From Nitrospira sp. (lineage in GTDB: Bacteria > Nitrospirota > Nitrospiria > Nitrospirales > Nitrospiraceae), in NCBI GenBank assembly GCA_965223625.1, contig OZ245008.1, forward strand, positions 1,039,170 through 1,071,169: a stretch of DNA of 32,000 bases, given 5' to 3'. Positions 24,220 through 32,000 of the stretch are shown piece by piece. Both the position numbers and the translations under genes were made by a program. The notes under the pieces are model-generated. The model was not told where the DNA came from. It did no database searches and worked only from the letters and a program-made list of their open reading frames with translations. Position 1 is the first letter of the stretch; every line of letters starts with the position of its first letter.

Positions 24220-25059
24220 TTACCGTTTTAATGTGGTGGAGACAGAAGGGTTGGCAGGGGGGGGGCCGTCCTGAATCTGTACAACTGTGTCGTCTCCGGT
24301 GGGATCTTTATGTGGATTCAACAGGTTGCCGTAAAATGCAAAGAGTTCACCAGTCAATCGAGCGGTGTCGGCAGGGTCTGTGGGATGTTTTCGTCGGATG
24401 TAGTCGTTGAGGACTCGCCCGTCGGCTGCCCTGTGGATATGCGGTTGCTCCACGTTCATTCGATAGCGCTCAATGGCACTCGCAACACGGCTGATGAAGA
24501 TCACGGTCCCATCCGGCTCCACTTCCTCAACGATGCCGATATGGGTCAGGGAATCATTCGCCTTTCCGTCACCATTGAAATCCCAAGTGTTATCAAAAAA
24601 CACGAGGTCGCCTGGCTTGACATCCGGTCCGCGATGGAGGACGCCATGGCGATCCACATGGTTGTAGATGAGTCGGACGCCGTTGGCGTTCACATCCCGA
24701 CTGGTTGCTCGGTAGAGATCGATGCCGTGTTCAAGATAGACGGCACGGGCAACTCCGGCACAATCGTAGGCGATTCGTTTGCCCTGACTCGTGATCGTCC
24801 GTGCTCCGACCAACCGTGCTGCGGACTGAACGATGGCCGATCGGCTGGGCAACGACGTCAGAAGCGGAACCGCGTGGGGCTCTGGAGGCGTTGTAGCGGG
24901 AGGTTGAGCCGGTCGGGAGGGCCGAGGGGGTTGAGAGGGAGCCGGTTTATCAGCGGATGTCGATGCCGTACGTACCACTCGGGTAGACTTTTGGATCGGT
25001 GTCGTACAGCCGGCCAGAGGCATGAGGATCACAACGGCGATGATTGCGAGGAATCTCAT
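24220..25059 (-). CDS. NlpC/P60-family (C40) cell-wall peptidase lipoprotein with Pro-rich linker
   Basis: Lipobox MPLAGC, a Pro-rich spacer (KPAPSQPPRPSRPAQPPATTPPEP), catalytic Cys in YDCAGVARAVY, GDLVFF, and catalytic His in THIGIV. The start codon lies 5 nt after the AAA+ stop. Confidence 0.8.
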   Translation of the reverse strand: MRFLAIIAVVILMPLAGCTTPIQKSTRVVRTASTSADKPAPSQPPRPSRPAQPPATTPPEPHAVPLLTSLPSRSAIVQSAARLVGARTITSQGKRIAYDCAGVARAVYLEHGIDLYRATSRDVNANGVRLIYNHVDRHGVLHRGPDVKPGDLVFFDNTWDFNGDGKANDSLTHIGIVEEVEPDGTVIFISRVASAIERYRMNVEQPHIHRAADGRVLNDYIRRKHPTDPADTARLTGELFAFYGNLLNPHKDPTGDDTVVQIQDGPPPANPSVSTTLKR

Positions 25060-25064
25060 CTGGG

Positions 25065-26624
25065 CTACCTCACGCTCACGAATCGACCTTCGGCCGTTCG
25101 GCGAAGTGCATCGATGTCTTCCCGTCTGGTGACCGAAAGTGGAACCGTCTGGGTCAATTCTTCGATGAGGAGATCGGTTGTGAGCGACGTTTTCCGATGG
25201 AGAGCCCGATAAAGCGCCGCCACGACGGCCTGTTCGATTTCAGATCCGCTGAACCCGTCACTGGCGCTGACGATCTTGCCTAGGTCGAATCGAGCACTGT
25301 CTTGTTTGCGTAACCTCAGGTGAATGTTCCAGATGGCTTGTCGTTCGGTATCATCCGGCAGGTCGACGAAAAAAATTTCGTCAAACCGCCCTTTTCGCAA
25401 GAGTTCCGGTGGCAAGGACGACAGGTCGTTGGCGGTGGCGATGACGAACACATCCTGCTTCTTCTCCTGCAGCCACGTGAGAAACGCGCCGAAGAGTCGG
25501 CGGCTTAAGCCCGCGTCGGCATCGCCGCTTCCCCCTCCGGCGACCATGGCTTTCTCAATCTCGTCGATCCAGAGAATGATCGGGGATAAGGACTCGGCCA
25601 TCTCAATGGCCTTGCGGAAATTCTTTTCCGACTCGCCGATAAACTTGTCGAACAGTCGACCGGCGTCGAGCTTCAAGAGCGGAAGCTTCCATTCCCGTGC
25701 GATAGCTTTTGCCGCCAGCGATTTGCCACAGCCCGGCACCCCGACCAGCATGATGCCGCGGGGCGGTGTGAGGTTGAGCGATTTCGCTTCATCCGTAAAC
25801 CCGACTTGCGCGCGCTCCAACCACGCCTTGAGATTGGTGAATCCTCCCAGTTCAAACCGGTTATCCTCCAAGGGATAGTATTCCAACAGTCCGCCATCCT
25901 TGATCGCCTGCACTTTGCGCTTGAGGATAGCCTGCACATCATCGGCTGAAAGGGTGCCACGTTCGACGAGACAGTGGGCCACGGCTTGGCGCGCTTGATG
26001 GAGGGTTAGACCTTGCAACGCACGAAGGATCACGTCGGCATCTCGGCTGGTCGGTCCGCCTTGCGATGCTTGGTTCTCGTCAATCGACTTCAGAATGCTG
26101 TGAACGAGGGTGGTTGATCGCAGGCGAGCCGAGGTGCGAGATGCCAATGAATGAAGCAAGTCGCGCAGCATGGATCGAAGTTCCTCTCGATCAGGCAGCT
26201 TCAGATCGAGTCGCACCGCGGATTGCTCTAATTCCAACGGAAGGGTAATCGGTTGACCGGTCAGGACACAGGTAGATCGTGATCGACTGTAGGCGGCTCC
26301 GACCTCACGGAGTTGACGGCATATGGCGGGATCTTGCAGATGTGGACCAAGATCCTTAAGCCAAAACACCGCTTCGACGGTCAACCCGTGGATGTGCTGG
26401 AGCACTGCCAAGGGGGTGGCCGTCATTCTGCTGAGCGACGGGGCATCGTCGGCACGCGTAAGCCCTCTGGTAACGGACCATTCGAAGAGAGGCATCCGTT
26501 CCTGAGCTGTGACTGATTGCAGGAGGGCCAACACCCGTTCCTCTTCCACCGTTTCGATGACGACGAGAGGATGGGAGGAACGGATCAGGGTGCGAAGATC
26601 GTGCACACTGGTCGACAAAGCCAT
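25065..26624 (-). CDS. Ycf46-like classical AAA+ ATPase (single AAA module with N-terminal alpha/beta domain)
   Basis: Walker A GVPGCGKS, Walker B ILWIDEIEK, sensor-1 VIATAN, and the Arg-finger region LRKGRFD. The N-terminus LIRSSHPLVVIETVEEERVL resembles the start of cyanobacterial/plastid Ycf46. Confidence 0.8.
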   Translation of the reverse strand: MALSTSVHDLRTLIRSSHPLVVIETVEEERVLALLQSVTAQERMPLFEWSVTRGLTRADDAPSLSRMTATPLAVLQHIHGLTVEAVFWLKDLGPHLQDPAICRQLREVGAAYSRSRSTCVLTGQPITLPLELEQSAVRLDLKLPDREELRSMLRDLLHSLASRTSARLRSTTLVHSILKSIDENQASQGGPTSRDADVILRALQGLTLHQARQAVAHCLVERGTLSADDVQAILKRKVQAIKDGGLLEYYPLEDNRFELGGFTNLKAWLERAQVGFTDEAKSLNLTPPRGIMLVGVPGCGKSLAAKAIAREWKLPLLKLDAGRLFDKFIGESEKNFRKAIEMAESLSPIILWIDEIEKAMVAGGGSGDADAGLSRRLFGAFLTWLQEKKQDVFVIATANDLSSLPPELLRKGRFDEIFFVDLPDDTERQAIWNIHLRLRKQDSARFDLGKIVSASDGFSGSEIEQAVVAALYRALHRKTSLTTDLLIEELTQTVPLSVTRREDIDALRRTAEGRFVSVR

Positions 26625-26698
26625 CGCGTGGAAATGCTAGCACGAGGCCTCGATCGGACCAAGAAAAGCGGTGATTGTGACAGCCGAGTGGCCATGAC

Positions 26699-27376
26699 TT
26701 ATGTCTTGGTTGGGTTTGCGACCGCTTTATTGAGCTCGCGGATGAGGCGCTGTTCGATTTCAATGGTTTCTTCGGCGCTCACGCTCAGAACACGTCCGCC
26801 TTGCGCAACCCGTTCGAAATCCGCTTTGACGGAGAGTTTCGTCTGGTTGTCCGGAAGAGCCTCCAGTGACACAAGGTACTGGTTCCGCGAACCGGTCACT
26901 TCGAGGTTGGGGGGGTTAGAAATCTTGCGCTGCGTGACATAGACCGCTCTGTGATCGGTCTTGACGCTGACTTTCAGCTGATATCCGTTTCGCTTTAGCG
27001 CCTCCTCGGTGACTTTTGCCACAATCTCCAGGGGGCGGGGGAGTATATCGGACTGCGCACCTTTATCCTCAACTTTGAGCGATTCCGCGACCTGCATTCC
27101 AATCATCTGTTTGGTTTGCACCAACTCGTGCTCGAGTTCTTCCTTGGTGTCCTTCGCGTCACGCAGCTCTTGATTGAGCAGATCGATTTGCTGCTGCATG
27201 ACCCTGTTTCCATCTTGCAGAGAACTGAGTAGCGATTCCTGTTTAGCGACTTGTTTCTTGAGCGCTTCGTTTTCTGAGCGAGAGGGTCCGTCGTCCTGCG
27301 CGCAACCATACAGAGCGACGAACAAGATGCACCAGAGGCTGAACCGTGATTGACCGTCAAGAATTTTGTCTTGCAC
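26699..27376 (-). CDS. Coiled-coil lipoprotein
   Basis: GTG 27376 is preceded by AGGAGGA (7-nt spacer). Lipobox VALYGC. A ~70-aa heptad-like Gln/Glu/Leu-rich segment is followed by a ~110-aa alpha/beta C-terminal domain. The ORF-track ATG at 27460 lacks an RBS. Confidence 0.65.
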   Translation of the reverse strand: MQDKILDGQSRFSLWCILFVALYGCAQDDGPSRSENEALKKQVAKQESLLSSLQDGNRVMQQQIDLLNQELRDAKDTKEELEHELVQTKQMIGMQVAESLKVEDKGAQSDILPRPLEIVAKVTEEALKRNGYQLKVSVKTDHRAVYVTQRKISNPPNLEVTGSRNQYLVSLEALPDNQTKLSVKADFERVAQGGRVLSVSAEETIEIEQRLIRELNKAVANPTKT

Positions 27377-27391
27377 GCGAGATCCTCCTGA

Positions 27392-27416
27392 AAGCGTGGT
27401 GGGATTATCCACGCTT
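27392..27416. promoter_or_regulatory. Perfect 8-bp inverted repeat AAGCGTGG-N9-CCACGCTT in a divergent promoter region
   Basis: AAGCGTGG at 27392-27399 and CCACGCTT at 27409-27416. The repeat sits 16 nt upstream of the lipoprotein GTG start and ~57 nt upstream of ATG 27473. It is either an operator or a 5'-UTR hairpin. Confidence 0.4.
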
Positions 27417-27472
27417 CTGCCCGACTTGTCTACGCAATATCTCAAGTTTGACCGCTCCAAGAATTCACCGGT

Positions 27473-28105
27473 ATGCTCACCACGATGAAGGTGACGGCGG
27501 TCTTACTGATATGGTCATGGCCTTTTCTCGTCGTGCAGTTGCCCGTTTCGGTGGAGAGCGGGCAGGCGGCGGTGAGTATGGCGCAGGAGGATTATAGTCT
27601 GTACGACCGAGTCATTGAGGACAAATTTCTTACCTCGCAGATCCAGTTGGTCCTACTGGAGCGCATGACTGTTTCTCGGTTGGTGCCTAACTGGGATGGA
27701 TCTATGACGAGGGATTTCGTTCAGCAGCAGGGCTATTTTGAAGGCATGCTGCCGATGGAGCTTGTTCGAGATTTTGTCGGAGCCAACCAAACCCCTGTTC
27801 CTCTGGAACCTCGGTTCCAGTTCGGCGTTCGCTACCGATTCGTCTCCGAGGGGACAACGGATGATCCAGAGGCCGGTGCCGCGGCCCCTGTTCTGAGTAA
27901 TCCTACTCGGCTGTTTCAAGCACATTCCGTACTCGACCGATTGGCCTTTTCACGCGTGGGGCGGACGTTGAGAAATAACCAAGCCCTCGTCTATGTGGAG
28001 AATGTTCGCCCTGACGGGACGGGGGCAGGCTTTCTCGTGTGGTATCGCCGACAGGGACAGGAGTGGAAGCTCTTCGATACAGAAGTCGTCTGGACAATGC
28101 GGTAG
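27473..28105 (+). CDS. Exported hypothetical protein (210 aa)
   Basis: Hydrophobic N-terminus KVTAVLLIWSWPFLVV, and a globular C-terminal part ending ALVYVENVRPDGTGAGFLVWYRRQGQEWKLFDTEVVW. No family recognised. Confidence 0.55.
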   Translation: MLTTMKVTAVLLIWSWPFLVVQLPVSVESGQAAVSMAQEDYSLYDRVIEDKFLTSQIQLVLLERMTVSRLVPNWDGSMTRDFVQQQGYFEGMLPMELVRDFVGANQTPVPLEPRFQFGVRYRFVSEGTTDDPEAGAAAPVLSNPTRLFQAHSVLDRLAFSRVGRTLRNNQALVYVENVRPDGTGAGFLVWYRRQGQEWKLFDTEVVWTMR

Positions 28106-28166
28106 CGAGGAGGCAGGTTAGCCTAGCTTGCGCTTGCAGATCATTGGGCTGTAGCATGCCTCTACG

Positions 28167-28805
28167 ATGACGGCATTGGTTCGGAAAACCTTCTCGGTCC
28201 CTCCACTCGGCTGTAATTGCTCAATCATCGGGGATCCAGTCACCAAACAAGCGGTTGTCATCGATCCTGGTGGTGCACCGGAACGAATTCTCCGGGAGGT
28301 GCAGCAGCTGGGGTGTACCGTCAGCCATATCCTCCATACCCACGCCCATCTCGATCACTTTTTGGCATCGAGCGAAATTAAGAAGGCGACTGGTGCGACG
28401 ATCTGTCTGCATCAGGACGATCTCCAACTGTGGAACAACCTGGAGCTCCAATGTCGTGTATTCGGGGTCTCGTACGTGCCTGCCTTGCCGCCTGACCATT
28501 GGCTTACCGATGAGGAAAAGATCATGCTCGGGCAGGTGCCGATCGTGGCTATCCACACACCAGGCCACACGCCTGGGTCGATCAGTTTTTACCTGCCGAA
28601 CGATAAGCTTGTGTTGGCCGGTGACACACTCTTCCGGGGAAGCATCGGTCGGACCGACTTGTGGGGTGGCAGCTACGAGGCGATCGAAGAGTCGATTCGC
28701 GAGCGGCTTTATACTCTGGACGATGCCACGCTTGTGATCACCGGGCATGGGCAGGCGACTGAAATCGGCGTCGAAAAAGAAATGAATCAATTCGTCCGCG
28801 CGTGA
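28167..28805 (+). CDS. MBL-fold metallo-hydrolase (glyoxalase II-like)
   Basis: HTHAHLDH (H-x-H-x-D-H), HTPGHTPGS, and the GDTLF.GSIGRTD motifs of the hydroxyacylglutathione hydrolase-like subgroup. 212 aa. Confidence 0.85.
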   Translation: MTALVRKTFSVPPLGCNCSIIGDPVTKQAVVIDPGGAPERILREVQQLGCTVSHILHTHAHLDHFLASSEIKKATGATICLHQDDLQLWNNLELQCRVFGVSYVPALPPDHWLTDEEKIMLGQVPIVAIHTPGHTPGSISFYLPNDKLVLAGDTLFRGSIGRTDLWGGSYEAIEESIRERLYTLDDATLVITGHGQATEIGVEKEMNQFVRA

Positions 28806-28808
28806 CCG

Positions 28809-29129
28809 CTATTCGTTAGCCATCCGTTCTTTGAGACGCTCAACCCTTTTTTCGGTCGATTTCTTGATGAAGATCATATTCTCGGCGAGATGCTGCTGGG
28901 CGTTGATCTTCCCTTCATCGCGCCGCTTTTGCTGATCGAGACCAAATTGGGCGATGATCGGGGCATCTTCCTTGTTCAGTTCCTTCCAGATTTCAGCACA
29001 GCGTGCCTGTTTGGCAGAGGGATATTTGTCGCAAGGCGGATCGGCAGCCCACGAAACCGAAGTCGTGAGAAATGCCATGAAGAACAAGGCAGAAACGATC
29101 CGCCAGTATAGATCCATGCGTTTCCCCAT
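28809..29129 (-). CDS. Small exported protein
   Basis: MGKRMDLYWRIVSALFFMAFLTTSVSWA looks like a signal peptide. The remainder is a Lys/Glu-rich helical region with two Cys. The start is ambiguous (29174, 29129 or 29117). Confidence 0.5.
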   Translation of the reverse strand: MGKRMDLYWRIVSALFFMAFLTTSVSWAADPPCDKYPSAKQARCAEIWKELNKEDAPIIAQFGLDQQKRRDEGKINAQQHLAENMIFIKKSTEKRVERLKERMANE

Positions 29130-29366
29130 CTGAATGTCCCTCCACAAGCCTCGACACCATACCACAAGTCGCAATGTCGCGTAGATCGTTCCGACCTATG
29201 AGAGGGACGCGGACGTTTTTCTCAAACATTGAGGTCGGAAGAACCACCTTGTAAGGGGCCGTTTATGGGAGTGACAATCAATCATGAATGCAAAGGGAGA
29301 TTGGTCAATGTGACTACTGGAGGAACGCGGGGTTGAACCTCTGTTTGGCCAATCGCATATTGGTCG

Positions 29367-29708
29367 CTATTCTCCTTCCGGATGGTTACTATCTGTGGGA
29401 AGCCAATGTTCGACAGCCTCTTTCAAGGTATATGTGCTTCCGCCTGGCTGTAGAATTCTTCCTTCACTATCAATCGTTGAAATGTTGAAGCCATATTCCA
29501 CATCATCAAAATATAGAACGCCATCATTTTTCTGGCACACGACGAACACCGCTTCGTCTCCATACATGTCAGATCTTCTAATGAGAGCCTTCCAGAAGGG
29601 AACTCGAAAAATCTCAAAAGTTTTTCTCTGATCCGGAGTTAGCTCACCATACTGCAGCCTGAAAAATTCAGAAAATTCGGCGTCTGCAATGGGCTTCCAG
29701 TCAGACAT
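29367..29708 (-). CDS. Hypothetical cytoplasmic protein (113 aa), markedly AT-rich gene
   Basis: Clean ORF with protein-like composition and much lower GC (~40-45% by eye) than its neighbours. No motif recognised. Confidence 0.55.
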   Translation of the reverse strand: MSDWKPIADAEFSEFFRLQYGELTPDQRKTFEIFRVPFWKALIRRSDMYGDEAVFVVCQKNDGVLYFDDVEYGFNISTIDSEGRILQPGGSTYTLKEAVEHWLPTDSNHPEGE

Positions 29709-29745
29709 AGAAGGAATGATTACTGCCTGGATAATGGCCTTGCGC

Positions 29746-30216
29746 TCATGGATAGGTGGACCTGTGGTGGCCTATTGAGGTATCTGTCGAGTTTTCTCGA
29801 CTGGAAGGCAGCACCGCTGTTTTCTGCTCCAGCGTCACGTAGATCTTGTCGTCGAAGGTGTAGTAACCGCCGTTCTCCTTATCGGTGGAAATGCAGGCGG
29901 GGGCGAAGATAATGGCGCAGCCGAAGATATCGCCAACGACCCACCAAGACCAGGTTCTTGTGAGGGGCAAGGTCATGGGTTCGTAGCCCTCTTTGGTGAT
30001 GATGGCCTGGTGATCGTCCTTTCGGCTGAGCGAGACGGTTCCCGGTGCCAGGAGATGAACCCGCTCGTCCACCACCACCTCCGCATCGAGTGGTGTCGTG
30101 AAGATGGTGACGGACTGATAGCCACCGTGCCACCAGCTACCGCAGCCAGCGAGTGAGAGAAGCCCAAAGCCAAATGCGAAATTTCTTAGCCGTCGGTGAA
30201 TCGCCCCACGCTTCAT
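29746..30216 (-). CDS. PEGA-domain lipoprotein
   Basis: ATG 30216 is preceded by GAGGAG. Lipobox LSLAGC. TPLDAEVVVDERVHLLAPGTVSLSRKDDHQAIITKEGYEP fits the PEGA pattern (P.gA.V.vD... K.GY.p). Confidence 0.55.
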   Translation of the reverse strand: MKRGAIHRRLRNFAFGFGLLSLAGCGSWWHGGYQSVTIFTTPLDAEVVVDERVHLLAPGTVSLSRKDDHQAIITKEGYEPMTLPLTRTWSWWVVGDIFGCAIIFAPACISTDKENGGYYTFDDKIYVTLEQKTAVLPSSRENSTDTSIGHHRSTYP

Positions 30217-30326
30217 AGTGATCGCTCCTCGCTGATTACCTATTCTGCGAGGCATTCTTCCACTGACTGGTATGTTCTTCTAGAGGATTCGCAAATCTTG
30301 CAGGTGAGTAGGAGGGCGGGGCCAAG

Positions 30327-31319
30327 TTAGATTTTCATGGCCTCGTTTACTTCGCGCAACGTCGCGCTGGCGACTGCAGCGGCTCGCTTGCTACCGGCGT
30401 CGACGATCTCGTCGACACGGGATGGCTCCTGCGTGAGTTTCGTACGCTTGTCCCAGATCGGCGTCAACTGTTCCACCATGCGGTCCGCCACGAGTTTCTT
30501 GCAGTCGATACAGCCGATGGCGGCAGTTCGGCAGTCCCTATTGATCTGGTCCTTGACAATTTGTGGGGAGTAAATGTTGTGGAATTCATAGACGGGACAG
30601 ATATCCGGGTTCCCAGGATCAGTCCGCCGGACACGCGCCGGGTCGGTGACCATGGTCTTGAGTTTTTGCCGGACGACCGGCTCAGTGTCCGAGAGATTGA
30701 TTGTGTTGTTGTAACTCTTACTCATCTTTCGCCCGTCGGTGCCGATCACCTTGGGGAACTTGGTCAGATGTTCCTTCGGCTCGGGGAACACCGGTGTCTT
30801 GTAAATATCGTTAAATCGTCGGGCCAGTTCTCTTGTGAGTTCGAGATGAGGTAGTTGATCTTTCCCCACCGGCACAAAATCGGGTTTGTACAAGAGAATG
30901 TCGGCTGCCTGCAGGACTGGGTAGCCGAGGAAACCGTAGGTGGTGAGATCCTTCTCCTTGATCTCCTCCTGCTTTTCTTTGTAGGTCGGGTTGCGCTCCA
31001 GCCACGAGACCGGCGTCATCATCGAGAGCAGGAGATGCAGGATGGCATGTTCTGGAATGCGGGACTGGACGAAAATGGTGGATCGATCCGGATCGATGCC
31101 GCCGGCGAGCCAATCGATCAGCATCTCGCGGACGAACGTACGAATCCGGCTCGTGTCGGCATAGTTGGTGGAGAGGGCGTGCCAATCGGCGACGAAGAAA
31201 TAGCAGTCGTATTGTTCTTGTAACGCTTTCCAGTTTTCCAAGGCCCCCAGGTAATTCCCAAGGTGCATGAGTCCGCTCGGCTGCATGCCGCTGAGGACTC
31301 GCCTTCGTGGCTGCGTCAT
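30327..31319 (-). CDS. trpS: Tryptophan--tRNA ligase
   Basis: Class I signatures: GMQPSGLMHLGNYLGA (HIGH-type) and KMSKS (GRKMSKSYNN). The 330-aa length is typical of bacterial TrpRS. Its ATG overlaps the upstream M50 gene stop (ATGA). Confidence 0.93.
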   Translation of the reverse strand: MTQPRRRVLSGMQPSGLMHLGNYLGALENWKALQEQYDCYFFVADWHALSTNYADTSRIRTFVREMLIDWLAGGIDPDRSTIFVQSRIPEHAILHLLLSMMTPVSWLERNPTYKEKQEEIKEKDLTTYGFLGYPVLQAADILLYKPDFVPVGKDQLPHLELTRELARRFNDIYKTPVFPEPKEHLTKFPKVIGTDGRKMSKSYNNTINLSDTEPVVRQKLKTMVTDPARVRRTDPGNPDICPVYEFHNIYSPQIVKDQINRDCRTAAIGCIDCKKLVADRMVEQLTPIWDKRTKLTQEPSRVDEIVDAGSKRAAAVASATLREVNEAMKI

Positions 31320-31999
31320 TGAGCCACCCCCGGGCGCAGGCCAAGCGCGGTTGACAGGATGGTACCGGATAGACCTTTGGCGAAGGTTCCAGTGATCGTG
31401 TGGATCACGCCCAATTCCTTGTCGAACACAATCAGCCCCACGAGAATAAGCATTCCATACGGTTCTAATCGTGCTAAGGCCATGGCCGGCTTGGCGGGGA
31501 GAATTGCCGTCAAAATTCGCCCACCGTCGAGAGGCGGGATCGGCAGCAGGTTGAACAGTGCGAGAAACACGTTGATCATCACGGAATAGAGCGCCATCAC
31601 GGCGAGTGGACGAAACACCATGGTGGCCAGCAGACCGGGTGATGCATCGGCCTCTGCTGATCCTCGGATGGACAACGTCGGCTCGATCGTCAGGAATAGG
31701 GCCAATAACAGTGCACTGGCCACTGCCAAAATCAGATTCATCCCAGGTCCGGCTGCCGCTACCAGCGCCATGTCACGACGAGGCTGACGCATATTTCGCA
31801 GGTCGATGGGGACCGGCTTCGCCCATCCGAAGAGAAAACTCCCCATCAGCAGACACATCAAGGGCAGAATCACGGTGCCCAACGGGTCGACATGCGCGAG
31901 GGGGTTGACGGTAAGTCGTCCTTGACGCCTCGCAGTGGAGTCACCGCACTTTTCCGCGACCCAACCATGCGCATATTCATGGAGCACCATTGCAAACAA
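31316..31999 (-). CDS. M50-family site-2 protease (C-terminal ~227 codons; N-terminus beyond the window)
   Basis: HEYAHGWVA (HExxH) and FNLLPIPPLDGGRI (the NxxPxxxLDG motif) are the two metal-ligand motifs of M50 peptidases. The open frame continues to the window edge. Confidence 0.85.
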   Translation of the reverse strand: MFAMVLHEYAHGWVAEKCGDSTARRQGRLTVNPLAHVDPLGTVILPLMCLLMGSFLFGWAKPVPIDLRNMRQPRRDMALVAAAGPGMNLILAVASALLLALFLTIEPTLSIRGSAEADASPGLLATMVFRPLAVMALYSVMINVFLALFNLLPIPPLDGGRILTAILPAKPAMALARLEPYGMLILVGLIVFDKELGVIHTITGTFAKGLSGTILSTALGLRPGVAQ

Positions 32000-32000
32000 G

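Noticed and set aside
24257-24265. Homopolymer tracts as phase-variation switches: G9 at 24257-24265 (inside the NlpC/P60 3' end, encoding PPP) and C9 at 18383-18391 (inside the IS, downstream of the transposase stop).
   Set aside because: The first would alter only the last ~13 residues and the second is non-coding. There is no evidence of length variation from a single sequence.
19455-30255. Whether the right half is a prophage or a known anti-phage defence island.
   Set aside because: I recognised no integrase, terminase, capsid or tail genes, no nuclease, helicase or methylase, and no reverse-transcriptase or TIR/SIR2-type signatures. The only mobile-element hallmark is the IS5. The AAA+/NlpC-P60 cluster is reported as a candidate novel module, not as a known defence system.
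1-32000. tRNA, rRNA, tmRNA or riboswitch genes.
   Set aside because: I recognised no cloverleaf-type or rRNA-like conserved strings. Intergenic regions other than those reported are short (under 120 bp).

Overview
Gene-dense, high-GC (roughly 58-60% by eye) bacterial chromosomal window with about 36 credible CDSs. I recognised no rRNA, tRNA or CRISPR array. Left half (+ strand): a translationally coupled 2-oxoacid:ferredoxin oxidoreductase (OFOR) operon with gamma, alpha and beta subunits but no free delta. It ends in a GltD/NfnB-like NAD(P)H flavoprotein carrying a PorD-like 2x[4Fe-4S] tail. This is followed by a Zn-ribbon protein, a GalT-like uridylyltransferase with a TreT-type trehalose synthase, PEP synthase, a CaCA antiporter start/stop-coupled to a P2-type Ca2+-ATPase, and a DUF1622 protein. 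Centre: an orphan ammonia monooxygenase subunit C gene (amoC, - strand) with GC-rich hairpin repeats downstream and a ~600-bp AT-rich control region upstream. It is divergent from a lipoprotein plus type-1-copper (cupredoxin) gene pair, which is followed by a complete 1174-bp IS5-family element. Right half: an AT-richer run of ORFans (PilZ protein, membrane proteins, a secreted 5 x 39-aa repeat protein), a coiled-coil lipoprotein / Ycf46-like AAA+ ATPase / NlpC-P60 lipoprotein cluster, an MBL-fold hydrolase, small exported proteins, trpS and an M50 site-2 protease. The most notable signal is amoC sitting in an OFOR/PpsA (reductive-TCA style) background rather than a classical Calvin-cycle ammonia-oxidiser background. 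This suggests a Nitrospira-type complete ammonia oxidiser, but that is an inference and not proven from this window. All homology statements come from reading motifs by eye and recalling family signatures. No database search was run.
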